From positions 3,680,001-3,744,000 of the forward strand of contig OY843592.1 of assembly GCA_963692865.2 (NCBI GenBank): a DNA stretch of 64,000 nucleotides, read 5' to 3'. Below, piece by piece: positions 19,587-29,150 of this stretch. The stretch comes from a bacterium. Its GTDB lineage: Bacteria; UBA8248. The position numbers and the translations under genes were made by a program. The first letter of the stretch is position 1. Each line of letters begins with the position of its first letter. Below the pieces are notes generated by a model that ran no database searches, was not told the origin of the DNA, and saw only the letters and a list, made by a program, of their open reading frames with translations.

Positions 19587-19595
19587 GATCGCCTC

Positions 19596-19886
19596 CTAGT
19601 GATAATCCTCAAAATTCAACTCGACGATTTCCATCTCTGTTTGATCGATCCGGAAAATGAGCCGCCAGTTTTTTGTAACCGACAGACTCCAAACACCTTT
19701 ACGATTGCCGACAAGCTGATGCGCCCTCCAAGCCGGAACGGTTCGTAGTTCTTCCTCCCGCTCCATGTCTTGCAGGAAAGAAATGATACGCCGTAACTTC
19801 GGCACGACCGCAGGTTGGAGACCAGCCGTATTATCATCCTCTATGAATCGGCGAAGCCCTTTGTGAACCACGCTGCGAATCTTCAT
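19596..19886 (-). CDS. higB: HigB family toxin (RelE/ParE superfamily)
   Basis: IRSVVHKGLRRF...HQLVGNRKGVWSLSVTKNWRLIFR...EDYH; start trimmed to ATG 19886. Confidence 0.92.
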   Translation of the reverse strand: MKIRSVVHKGLRRFIEDDNTAGLQPAVVPKLRRIISFLQDMEREEELRTVPAWRAHQLVGNRKGVWSLSVTKNWRLIFRIDQTEMEIVELNFEDYH

Positions 19887-19891
19887 AGCGC

Positions 19892-19928
19892 AAAATACCC
19901 AAACCATTCGTTCAGTGTCAAGTGACAC
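19892..19928 (-). promoter_or_regulatory. putative sigma70 promoter and palindromic operator of higBA
   Basis: Minus-strand TTGACA-N18-TATTTT, then 5 nt to ATG; GTGTCA-AG-TGACAC palindrome over the -35. Confidence 0.55.
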
Positions 19929-20065
19929 ATTACGATACTCTGAAAACACCAGTTGTCTTGGCTGAAACCATTTTCTAAAACAATCATGAAGCCGCGAAGA
20001 GTCGATTCCCTTTTTTCGGAACTGCTCCTTCCCCCAACCCCGCTCATCTGACATAATGCACGGCC

Positions 20066-20890
20066 ATGAGGACCCTGTTCGGGCGGGAATCGTCTCCGCC
20101 CGCCGTTTTCAGCGAGACAGGGACTCCTCACCTCATGCGCGGCCTGCCGGGAAAATTCATCGACTTCAACAAGGCCCTTTCCAGGCGTTTCGACGAGCTC
20201 CTGCCCGAGGAATTCCGGGTGGACGGGCAGGCGCATTTCCAGGAAAAATTCGCGCCGCCCCACATCCCCGAGGGTGCGCTGGTCTACGAAGTGGGCGGAG
20301 GGAAACGCCCCCTTCATTCCAGGGAAGAGAAGGCGCGGCGGGGCCTCCGGGTCGTCGGTCTCGACATCGATCAGTCAGAGTTGATGCGCGCGCCCCTCGG
20401 AGCCTACGACGAAACCATCCGCGCCGACATCACCGAATACCGGGGACGTGAAGACGCCGACGCGCTGGTCTGCCAAGCACTGCTCGAGCACGTCGCCGAT
20501 ACCACGGCCGCCTTCGCCGGCCTGGCGAGCATCTTGAAGAAAGGCGGCGTCGCCCTCCTCTTCGCACCATCGCGAAAGGCCCTCTACGCGCGGATGAACC
20601 TCTTCATCCCGGAGAGACTCAAGCGCAAGCTGCTGAGGTTCCTCTACCCCGAGACCGCGGATAGGTCCGGTTTTCCGGGCCGCTACCACCGCTGCACGTT
20701 GCTTGATTTTGAAGATATGGCGCGCGGACAAGGTTTAACCGTGATTCAGAAACAAGCCTATTATTTCAGCGAGTATTTCACCTTCTTTGCGCCACTGCAC
20801 ATTCTCTGGCGGATTTGGCTTTGGGTTTTCTTTCTCCTGGCGCGCGAGCGGGCGGCGGAAACCTTCAGCATGGCGCTTCGCAAAAGATGA
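20066..20890 (+). CDS. class I SAM-dependent methyltransferase
   Basis: VYEVGGG, GLDID, LLEHV, LKKGG; start uncertain. Confidence 0.82.
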   Translation: MRTLFGRESSPPAVFSETGTPHLMRGLPGKFIDFNKALSRRFDELLPEEFRVDGQAHFQEKFAPPHIPEGALVYEVGGGKRPLHSREEKARRGLRVVGLDIDQSELMRAPLGAYDETIRADITEYRGREDADALVCQALLEHVADTTAAFAGLASILKKGGVALLFAPSRKALYARMNLFIPERLKRKLLRFLYPETADRSGFPGRYHRCTLLDFEDMARGQGLTVIQKQAYYFSEYFTFFAPLHILWRIWLWVFFLLARERAAETFSMALRKR

Positions 20891-20942
20891 ACATGGAAAC
20901 CGGGGCGCGCCCCGTTTCGCCCTCCTAAGCCGAGCGGACATC

Positions 20943-22889
20943 ATGTGCGGCGTCGCGGGTTTTCTCTTCACGCATCAGGAGGTGGACGATCCCCGGGGCG
21001 TCGTCATGAGAATGGCGGAGAGCCTCCTCCACCGGGGTCCCGACGATGGGGGAAGCTGGGTCGACGAGGCGGCGGGCGTCGCCCTGGGGCACAGGAGGCT
21101 CGCCGTCATCGACCCGAGCGCCGACGGCCGTCAGCCGATGATCTCGCTCGGGGGGCGATACGTCCTCTCCTGCAACGGGGAAATCTATAATTTCATCGAA
21201 CTGCGCGATGAATTGACGCGCGAGGGGGCGCGCTTCAAGGGGCGCTCGGACACCGAGGTACTCCTCGCAGCGGTGGAAAGGTGGGGGCCGGCGGCGGCCA
21301 TCCGGCGGTTCGTCGGCATGTTCGCCTTCGCTTTGTGGGACCGCTCTGAGAAAACGTTGCACCTCGCGCGCGACCGCATGGGCGAAAAGCCTCTCTATTA
21401 CGGTTGGCGCGGAAAATCTTTTCTCTTCGGCTCGGAGATCAAATCTCTCCGCGCGCATCCTGACTGGGAAGGCGATATCAACGCCGACGCTTTGGCCGAT
21501 TACATGAAACTGGGCTGCGTGCCCGCTCCATACTCCATCTATAGAGGAATCCACAAACTGCCGCCCGCCTCCATCTTGAGCCTCCGCGCTTCGGACCCGC
21601 CTGGGCGTCTGCCGGAGCCGAGCGCGTACTGGTTCGCCCAAGATGCCGTGACGCGCGCATCCACAGCTAGAGAAACTCTTACCGACGATGAGGCGCTTGA
21701 TCAACTAGAGGAGGTGCTGAAGCGCTCCGTACGCCAGATGATGCGCTCCGACGCGCCGCTGGGCGCGTTTCTCTCCGGTGGCGCCGATTCCTCGACCGTG
21801 GCGGCCCTGGTGCAGGCGGCGAGCGGCGCTCCCGTCCGGACGTTTTCCATCGGCTTCCACGAGAAAGGCTACGACGAGGCCCACCATGCGCGCGAGATGG
21901 CCCGCCATCTCGGAACCGAGCACACCGAACTCTACGCCGGCCCCGGAGAAGCGCTCGAAGTCATCCCGCGCCTGCCCCGGCTCTATGACGAGCCGTTCGC
22001 GGATCCCTCCCAGATCCCCACATTCCTTTTGTGCGCTCTCACGAGGGAACACGCGACGGTCGCCCTCTCCGGCGATGGGGGCGATGAGCTTTTCGGCGGC
22101 TACAACCGTCATTTCTGGGCGCCCAGGGTCTGGAAGTGGGCGAGTCGGCTGCCGGAGAGAGGGAAAGCGCGAATCGCGAAGGGACTGGTGACGCGACATC
22201 CTATGCTGGCGCGATATTATGAAAAAATATCCCACCTGCTGCCCAGGCGCTACCAAGTCGAGATGACCGGGGAAAAGCTCCTTAAACTGGTGGATATTCT
22301 TGACGCATCGAACCTCGATGACGCCTATGAGCGGCTGAGGACGCACGGGGACGCTTCGGTTTGCTCACCAGGGACCCGAGACGTGGAAAACACCCTCGCC
22401 CCGGAACCCCTCCCGCGCGGCCTTCACCCCGCCGAGAGGATGATGTACCGCGACATGGTGGAATATCTGCCCGATGATATTCTCGTGAAGGTGGACAGGG
22501 CGGCCATGGGGGCGAGCCTTGAGGTGAGAGCGCCCTACCTGGACCACCGGGTGGTGGAGTTCGTCTGGAGTCTACCCTTAAGGATGAAGCTGCGGAGAGG
22601 AGAAGGAAAATGGATTTTAAGGCGACTATTGTCCCGCTACGCTCCCGCCTCCCTGATTCAAAGGCCTAAAATGGGGTTCGCCGTCCCTGTCGGCGAATGG
22701 CTGAGAGGCCCTCTCAGGGACTGGGCGGAAGACTTATTGAGAGAATCGCGACTCAGGGAAGAGGGATTTTTCCCTGCAAAACCCATCCGCCGAATGTGGG
22801 ATCAGCACGCATCCGGTGAAAGGGACCGGCGATACTGCCTCTGGAACGTGTTGATGTTTCAATCCTGGTTGAGTGAGCAGGGGCGATGA
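20943..22889 (+). CDS. asnB: asparagine synthase-like amidotransferase (glutamine-hydrolyzing)
   Basis: N-terminal MCG, HRGPD, HRRL, NGEIYN, LSGG, SGDGGDELFGGY. Confidence 0.93.
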   Translation: MCGVAGFLFTHQEVDDPRGVVMRMAESLLHRGPDDGGSWVDEAAGVALGHRRLAVIDPSADGRQPMISLGGRYVLSCNGEIYNFIELRDELTREGARFKGRSDTEVLLAAVERWGPAAAIRRFVGMFAFALWDRSEKTLHLARDRMGEKPLYYGWRGKSFLFGSEIKSLRAHPDWEGDINADALADYMKLGCVPAPYSIYRGIHKLPPASILSLRASDPPGRLPEPSAYWFAQDAVTRASTARETLTDDEALDQLEEVLKRSVRQMMRSDAPLGAFLSGGADSSTVAALVQAASGAPVRTFSIGFHEKGYDEAHHAREMARHLGTEHTELYAGPGEALEVIPRLPRLYDEPFADPSQIPTFLLCALTREHATVALSGDGGDELFGGYNRHFWAPRVWKWASRLPERGKARIAKGLVTRHPMLARYYEKISHLLPRRYQVEMTGEKLLKLVDILDASNLDDAYERLRTHGDASVCSPGTRDVENTLAPEPLPRGLHPAERMMYRDMVEYLPDDILVKVDRAAMGASLEVRAPYLDHRVVEFVWSLPLRMKLRRGEGKWILRRLLSRYAPASLIQRPKMGFAVPVGEWLRGPLRDWAEDLLRESRLREEGFFPAKPIRRMWDQHASGERDRRYCLWNVLMFQSWLSEQGR

Positions 22890-22890
22890 G

Positions 22891-24048
22891 ATGAACAAGA
22901 CGTTGTTTGTGCTGGACCTGGAGGACAGATACTTTTTGAGCCACAGGCGCGCGCTCGCCCTGGCTGCCAAGAATGCAGGATACCGCGTCGTCGTATGCGT
23001 GAGAATCGGCGGAAAATACATGGAGCGGATTCGCGCGGCGGGATTCGAGTGTTTCGCTCTGGGGAATGAAAACAAAGGAGGGATCAGCCTCCCTCGAGAA
23101 CTTCTCGCACTCATCAAGCTTGTTCGCTCCTACCGGAAATACCGGCCTTGCATCGCCCACCATTTCGGCGTTAGAAACCTGCTTCACGGCTCGCTTGCCG
23201 CGCGTCTCGCAAAAACACCCTTCGTCGTGAACTCGCTTCTGGGACTGGGTTCGCTGTTTTCAGGAAGCTCGCTGAAACGGAACATCCTGAAAAAAATCGT
23301 CTTGTTCTCATTGCGGCATTTCCATCTAAGGAAAAACACTCACGTTGTCGTACAAAACGACGATGACAAGGAAATGATTCTCCAAAACGTGCTTTCCGAT
23401 GAATCGCGTCTGAGCGTCGTTCGCGGTTCGGGCGTCGACGTTCGATCCTTTCATCCCGCCCCGGAACCCCCGGGCATACCCCTGGCGGTGCTCGCCTCCC
23501 GGATGATCGCGGAAAAAGGGGTGCATGAATTCGTCGAAGCGGCGGCCCTGCTGAAAAAAGAAGGCGCAGAAATTCAGATGGTGCTGGTGGGAAGCCCGGA
23601 TCCCAAGAACCCATCTTCCATCCCCGAATCCACGCTTCGCGGGTGGAGCCGCGAAGCCGGAGTCGAATGGTGGGGCTACCGGGAGGATATGGCCGACGTA
23701 TGGAGAGGCTGCCACATCGCCGTTTTGCCGACCTACTATAGAGAGGGGCTTCCGAAAAGCCTGCTGGAGGCGACGGCATGCGGCCGCCCGCTGGTGACCA
23801 CCCGGGTTCCCGGCTGCCGGGAGGTGCTCCAGGACGGGGTGAACGGACTAAGCGTCGCGCCTCGTGACGCCAGGAGCCTTGCCGACGCGGTCGGGAAACT
23901 GGCCGAAGACGCCGCGCTCAGGCGAAGAATGGGCGAGGCGGGACGAAGAATCGTGGAGAAGGAATTTTCCGACGAAATCGTGACGGGGAAATTTTTGAGA
24001 CTCTACGAGCGCATGAGCGCGGAGGAAAAAGAACCAAAGAGAAAATGA
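22891..24048 (+). CDS. glycosyltransferase family 4
   Basis: GSGVD, SRMIAEKG, REGLPKSLLEA, PGCRE. Confidence 0.92.
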   Translation: MNKTLFVLDLEDRYFLSHRRALALAAKNAGYRVVVCVRIGGKYMERIRAAGFECFALGNENKGGISLPRELLALIKLVRSYRKYRPCIAHHFGVRNLLHGSLAARLAKTPFVVNSLLGLGSLFSGSSLKRNILKKIVLFSLRHFHLRKNTHVVVQNDDDKEMILQNVLSDESRLSVVRGSGVDVRSFHPAPEPPGIPLAVLASRMIAEKGVHEFVEAAALLKKEGAEIQMVLVGSPDPKNPSSIPESTLRGWSREAGVEWWGYREDMADVWRGCHIAVLPTYYREGLPKSLLEATACGRPLVTTRVPGCREVLQDGVNGLSVAPRDARSLADAVGKLAEDAALRRRMGEAGRRIVEKEFSDEIVTGKFLRLYERMSAEEKEPKRK

Positions 24049-24109
24049 GGCGAGTTTCGGCTGGTCCGATGGATGGAGTATGAAACCTCTCGCCAGATGC
24101 GATTACGGC

Positions 24110-24781
24110 CTAGGCGCTTGGTCCCCGCAAGCGAAAAAAAGCGAGCGCCGTCAGGAAAACCACTTGCAGGTCCATCCAGAGCGAGTAATTCAGAATGTAA
24201 TATAAATCATGTTCCAGTTTGATTCTGTAATCTTCGATCTGGTCGACGTGGCCCTGCCGGATCTGCGCCCACCCCGTGATTCCCGCCGGAACGAGTTCTC
24301 GATATGCAAATTCGGGGTAGTGCTTCTTGGCTATCTCCAGCGTCTTGATGTACTCCGCCCTCGGACCGACGATGCTCATATCCCCCTTGATGACGTTCCA
24401 TAGTTGGGGAAATTCATCAAGATGATATCTGCGCAGGAAACGCCCGAACGGATAAATTCTCGGATCGTTTTCCTTCGTGGACATCGTTCCCTGCGGCTGA
24501 TGGGCATTCACGCGCATGGTCCGGAATTTATAGAGCGTGAACAATCTCCCATCCTGGGTGGCGCGAACCTGCGAATAAAATATCGGTCCCCCGCTCACGA
24601 GCCTGATCAGGATCGCAATGAGGAAACCAAAAGGGGCGAAAAAGGCCAGGACCGTGAGGCCGAACCCCAGATCCAGTGCGCGTTTGCACAGACGCTGACG
24701 CCGGTTCAAGACCTGCCCACTCTTCAGGGCGGATATTTCCCCGGCGCCGGAAATGGACTCCAAAGGAACACGGTTTTTCAT
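24110..24781 (-). CDS. small phosphoglycosyl transferase (PglC/WcaJ-like sugar transferase)
   Basis: KRALD, KFRTM, LDEFPQLWNVIKGDMSIVGPR, GITGWAQ. Confidence 0.92.
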   Translation of the reverse strand: MKNRVPLESISGAGEISALKSGQVLNRRQRLCKRALDLGFGLTVLAFFAPFGFLIAILIRLVSGGPIFYSQVRATQDGRLFTLYKFRTMRVNAHQPQGTMSTKENDPRIYPFGRFLRRYHLDEFPQLWNVIKGDMSIVGPRAEYIKTLEIAKKHYPEFAYRELVPAGITGWAQIRQGHVDQIEDYRIKLEHDLYYILNYSLWMDLQVVFLTALAFFRLRGPSA

Positions 24782-25421
24782 GAGATGGCTCTTTTTCGCT
24801 TTACATTCAAAACGAATTCACATATATTCGAATGAATAACGAAAATAAAACGAAAATTATGGCGCGCGGCCGAAACATAATTCATAATCCACCGCACGGG
24901 CAGAAAATAAGACATGGCTTCACACAAGGCAAAACTGGTGAGAACGAGGAAAAAATCCCGGCGTAAAACGAATCGCCGGCTGTTTCCGACGGACTTTGGG
25001 AGAAGTTGATGAAATGTGGATTTTTCTTCCATCGCAGAGGGCGCCAGCCCACAGCCCTGGCTGCTGGATGAGGGGAGTGATAACGAAAGCACATGAGCGT
25101 CGAACCCTCGCGAATTTTGGCGCAAAAAGCGAGCCTGAGTCCTCGAGCCTTTGCGGGCTGAGCGTCGTACAAGCCACTATCCGTGGGAAGCGGCTTCACA
25201 CTTACTCCGACTTGAAGACAGTCGTCTTGAATTCAGTGACCAGTCCGTGAATCTACGCGTATGAACTGTATGCCAGCAGGCATAGTGTGATGAAAAATCA
25301 GAGTTGTCAACTTTAAGCGAAGCAAAAGAATTTTGAGGTATATACGTTTTTATCGATCATGAAGGTGTGAGATTTTCGGTCCTTTTCAAGAAAGTCTCCG
25401 TCTCCCGGAGGTCATTTTTCC

Positions 25422-26873
25422 TTGATGAATCCTTCGTTCCTGGCATATGGCGCGATGGCCATCGGCGCAGCTGCGATCATCGGGTCGAGCCTGTTCAACC
25501 TCGGAGCCGGGGGCGCGCTGCTTTTGTTCCTGAGCCCGCTCGTGAACATCGAGGTCGCCTTCGGCGATACGGGAAGAAGCATCTCATACGACAAAATGGC
25601 GCTCCTGGCCCTGGCCTCGGGCTTCGCGTGGCGCCTTCTGAGAAGCGGGAAACGCGTCCGTCTCAAGAGCAAACCGATCTTCTGCCGCATCTGGCTCGTT
25701 TACATCATCTGGAGCTTCGTCGCGGCATGGCTGAGCGGCGCTCCTGTGAAACAACAATTCTGGGGCCTGGCCGAGACGACCGCCTATTTCATCACCTTCC
25801 TCGCCTTTCTGGAAATTTGCGCGGACGAAACCTCCCGCAACCGGATACTGAAAGCCATCCTCTACGGCGGCGCCATCATGCTGGCGGCGGTCTTGCTCCA
25901 GAACCTGGCCTATCAAATCACCTGGAAAATCTGGGGGCCGCACCACGGCTTCCGCGCCGATTTGTTGTACTCCCCGTTTCCCCGGATGTTCTTTCACCCC
26001 CGGCCCGGCCCTATCGGGCATCCGAATTTTCTCGCAGCCTATCTGGTTCTGTGGGCCATGCTCTACCCACCGCTTTTCCGCGCGTTCTCCCGTCCGGCGG
26101 CGTTCGCCCTCCTCGCCGCACATCTCGTCGTATTGGGGTTGATGCGCAGCTATGGAGGAGTTTTGGGTTTCGCCGTCTGTTGTTCGATGGTTTTGTATTT
26201 CACAAAACCATCCCCCACGGACATGATTCCCGGCCGCGTTTCCCGCTCCAAAGCCCGTCTCCTCCGGCACGCTCTGGCCGCTTTCCTCATCCTGTCGATA
26301 GGGACCGTCGCCGCCAACGACGGAGACTTCATGGATTTATCGCTATTTCCCAGAATCTATATTCATCGCGTTGGTGGAAAAATGCTCGCAGAGCGCCCTT
26401 TGACGGGCTATGGAAACGGTCTCTTCCCCCAATCCCTTCAGAAAAAGGAGAGGGAATATATAAAAACCGAGGGGCTGAAAGCGCCGCCCTGGAGGACAAA
26501 AAGTCCCGGCGCAGGGAGAACCGACAAGGCCCGGGAGCGGGGAGAGGGGCACTTCAGTGGCAGGGATGAAAATCTCCCTCCGCTTTCGGCTCATTCCTCC
26601 TATCTGAAAGCCTTCGTCGAGTCAGGTTTTCCCGGTGGTGTTCTTTTTCTTTGTCTGATGGCTTGGGGACTCATGGAGGCATTTCTTCACTTGAGGAAAA
26701 CGCGACGGCTTTCGATACGCTCAGCGGAAGCCTGGGGGTGGGCCGCCTGCGTCGGTGTGTGTTTCCAAGCCGGAACCGAGAACATTTTTTCGTCTCCCAA
26801 AATTTCCGTTCTCTATTGGGCCGTCACGGCGTATTGCCTGACGGCGAAATCCAAGCCAGCGAAAAGCCGCTAG
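25422..26873 (+). CDS. O-antigen ligase family membrane protein
   Basis: Multi-TM protein; GHPNFLA, PLTGYG, AHSSYLKAFVESG. Confidence 0.8.
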   Translation: MMNPSFLAYGAMAIGAAAIIGSSLFNLGAGGALLLFLSPLVNIEVAFGDTGRSISYDKMALLALASGFAWRLLRSGKRVRLKSKPIFCRIWLVYIIWSFVAAWLSGAPVKQQFWGLAETTAYFITFLAFLEICADETSRNRILKAILYGGAIMLAAVLLQNLAYQITWKIWGPHHGFRADLLYSPFPRMFFHPRPGPIGHPNFLAAYLVLWAMLYPPLFRAFSRPAAFALLAAHLVVLGLMRSYGGVLGFAVCCSMVLYFTKPSPTDMIPGRVSRSKARLLRHALAAFLILSIGTVAANDGDFMDLSLFPRIYIHRVGGKMLAERPLTGYGNGLFPQSLQKKEREYIKTEGLKAPPWRTKSPGAGRTDKARERGEGHFSGRDENLPPLSAHSSYLKAFVESGFPGGVLFLCLMAWGLMEAFLHLRKTRRLSIRSAEAWGWAACVGVCFQAGTENIFSSPKISVLYWAVTAYCLTAKSKPAKSR

Positions 26874-28300
26874 GCGGCCCTCGCCGCAACTTCACGATGA
26901 AGACGGCCGACGAAACGGAACAGGATGGCGAACAGCCAGTAGGGATAAAAATGGGCCGTGGTGGAAACGGCGACGAACAGGGCGGCGACGGTGGAGAAGA
27001 TGACGGCGAAAGGCATCACGATTCCGAGCGATTCTTCATGCGGCGGCAAGCGCATGATCCTGAAAAAATACATCGCGCCCGCGGCAAGCGCGGCCATCAC
27101 CAAAACGAGGCCCAGCAACCCCAAATCGACGATAAAATTCATCGGCAGGCTGTGCAGGGAAACCGGTGCGCTCTTTCTCGGATTTTCCTGAAACAAATCC
27201 GAAGTCGACCATCCCCGAATACCCGATTCATATCGGCTGACGTCGTCATAAAAATACGCTGAGACCGTGGCCGGCGTATCCTTGGAATATCCATACAAAA
27301 ATCCCTGCCGAGGCCCGCCCCCCAAGAAAGGCCGCTCGAAAAACACGTCCGCCGCCCGCGCGTGCTGAAACAGCCTCTCTCTAACGCTCATCGACAAGTT
27401 CGACGCTTCGACGAACTCTCCCCGCACTGCCGTCCCCACCATCGCGGAAACGCAAATACACGCGAGGAAAACCGAGGCCGTGAAACAATAAACCCAAACA
27501 GGCTTCAACCTCTTGTTTGCGCGTGACCGGCCCCTGAACCTCATGAAAAAGACGACGATGAGGAACGCGCCCAGGAACAACGCGAAAATCGGAACCCGGC
27601 GCCATGTGGAAAATACCATGAGTATTCCGGCAAGCGACGCGAACAAGTAAAAATAACCGCCTCTACTCCAGAAGAAATAAAAGGCGACGCCTGTCAGGAC
27701 GAGTCCGAGCCTGCTGGCGACGATATGGTGCCGCGCGAACATGCCGAGAAAAAACCGTCCCTCGTGATTGAGCGAATACGGGTTGGGGATGCCCAGATAA
27801 TAGAACAAGATACTCTCGACGCCCATCGCCAGGGCGACCCAGAAGACACTTTTGAGCGCGCCTTCGAACTCCTTTCTCCCCCACCGGTTGTTATGAACCA
27901 GATACCATACGAGCATGCCGTCGGCGCAGGGTACGGCATCGGCCAGAATCCGGTAGAGGGGCGCGGACGTCTTGATGGGGTCGTCGTGCACGTACCCATG
28001 GATGATCCCCGTCCAGAATATCGCCCAGAACCAAAGGGCGGCAACCGTAAAGCCCGGCGCCGGTTTTCTCGCCCCGTAGCGGATGACCTCTATCGCCCAT
28101 GCGGAACACAACAGAACGAAAAGGAGTATGTAGACCTTATACGGACCCACGGATTGAACAGGGAAATAGGGAACGCGCTCCCATGGAACGAGAAAATAAA
28201 CCGCATGCAGACGAATGACCGTATTCGTTAGCGGAAAAGGAGAGGTTTCCTCTTTCCTCAAGGTAAAGCGAGCGTCCGACCCCGCGCGCCCCGCGTCCAC
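26870..28300 (-). CDS. O-antigen ligase/polymerase family membrane protein
   Basis: Multi-TM protein; ERPFLGGG, LHSLPMNFIVDLGLLG; start uncertain. Confidence 0.75.
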   Translation of the reverse strand: MDAGRAGSDARFTLRKEETSPFPLTNTVIRLHAVYFLVPWERVPYFPVQSVGPYKVYILLFVLLCSAWAIEVIRYGARKPAPGFTVAALWFWAIFWTGIIHGYVHDDPIKTSAPLYRILADAVPCADGMLVWYLVHNNRWGRKEFEGALKSVFWVALAMGVESILFYYLGIPNPYSLNHEGRFFLGMFARHHIVASRLGLVLTGVAFYFFWSRGGYFYLFASLAGILMVFSTWRRVPIFALFLGAFLIVVFFMRFRGRSRANKRLKPVWVYCFTASVFLACICVSAMVGTAVRGEFVEASNLSMSVRERLFQHARAADVFFERPFLGGGPRQGFLYGYSKDTPATVSAYFYDDVSRYESGIRGWSTSDLFQENPRKSAPVSLHSLPMNFIVDLGLLGLVLVMAALAAGAMYFFRIMRLPPHEESLGIVMPFAVIFSTVAALFVAVSTTAHFYPYWLFAILFRFVGRLHREVAARAA

Positions 28301-28307
28301 GGAAAAA

Positions 28308-29129
28308 CTACCCCCGGGCGCCCGGGCGCCTGGAAAAATAACCCCTCTTCAACCACATGCGCACCTTGTGCGGCAACATGCGATATGAAAACCAAAACGG
28401 CAGTAGTGCACGATACGCGAATCCGCCTCCCAAGGCGCGAATCGCCCTGTTTTGCAACACGACCCCATCGAGCACATAGCGAAGCCTGGCGCCCCGCTCG
28501 AAGAACTGTCTCGCATGAATTCTTTTCGCCGCCACGGGAACCTTCGAGCACCCGAGCTTCATTCCGTTTTCATACAACCGCACATAGAGGTCCCAATCGA
28601 GCTGGCCGGCGCGGCTCTCGTCGTAGCCTCGAATCTTCTTCATCGCCTCACCCCTTACGAACAGCGACGTGTGAACCACGGGATTAAAGAGCATGAGTTT
28701 CCTGCGAACGTCGCTCAACGAAGTCTTCGCCTCTTCCAATCCGAATGCGGGCCAATGCGGAGCGTCGTCGGCATGAAAGGCGAACAGGGGAGAGACGACG
28801 GCGGCATACTGGGGAAAACGCTTCATCGCCGCCATTTGAATCTCGAATCTTTTGGGGTGAGACAAATCGTCGGCGTCATGCCGGGCGATGAATTCACCCC
28901 TGCTCTCGCGCACCCCAAGGTTGAGCGCTCTCGAGAGTCCGATTCTTCCCGCTTCTATCAGGCGAATTCTGGGGTCGCGAAATCGCTCGAGTATGCGAAC
29001 CGTATCGTCCGTGGAGCCATCATCCACGATGAGGCATTCAAAATCAGGCTCCGTTTGCGCGAGTATGCTCTTCACGGCGTCCGCGATGTATTCCTCCGCG
29101 TTGTAGGACGTCATCAAAACGCTGAACAC
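28308..29129 (-). CDS. glycosyltransferase family 2
   Basis: SVLMTSYN, VDDGSTD, RHDADD. Confidence 0.92.
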   Translation of the reverse strand: MFSVLMTSYNAEEYIADAVKSILAQTEPDFECLIVDDGSTDDTVRILERFRDPRIRLIEAGRIGLSRALNLGVRESRGEFIARHDADDLSHPKRFEIQMAAMKRFPQYAAVVSPLFAFHADDAPHWPAFGLEEAKTSLSDVRRKLMLFNPVVHTSLFVRGEAMKKIRGYDESRAGQLDWDLYVRLYENGMKLGCSKVPVAAKRIHARQFFERGARLRYVLDGVVLQNRAIRALGGGFAYRALLPFWFSYRMLPHKVRMWLKRGYFSRRPGARG

Positions 29130-29150
29130 TTCGGATTCCTCCTGCCCAGG

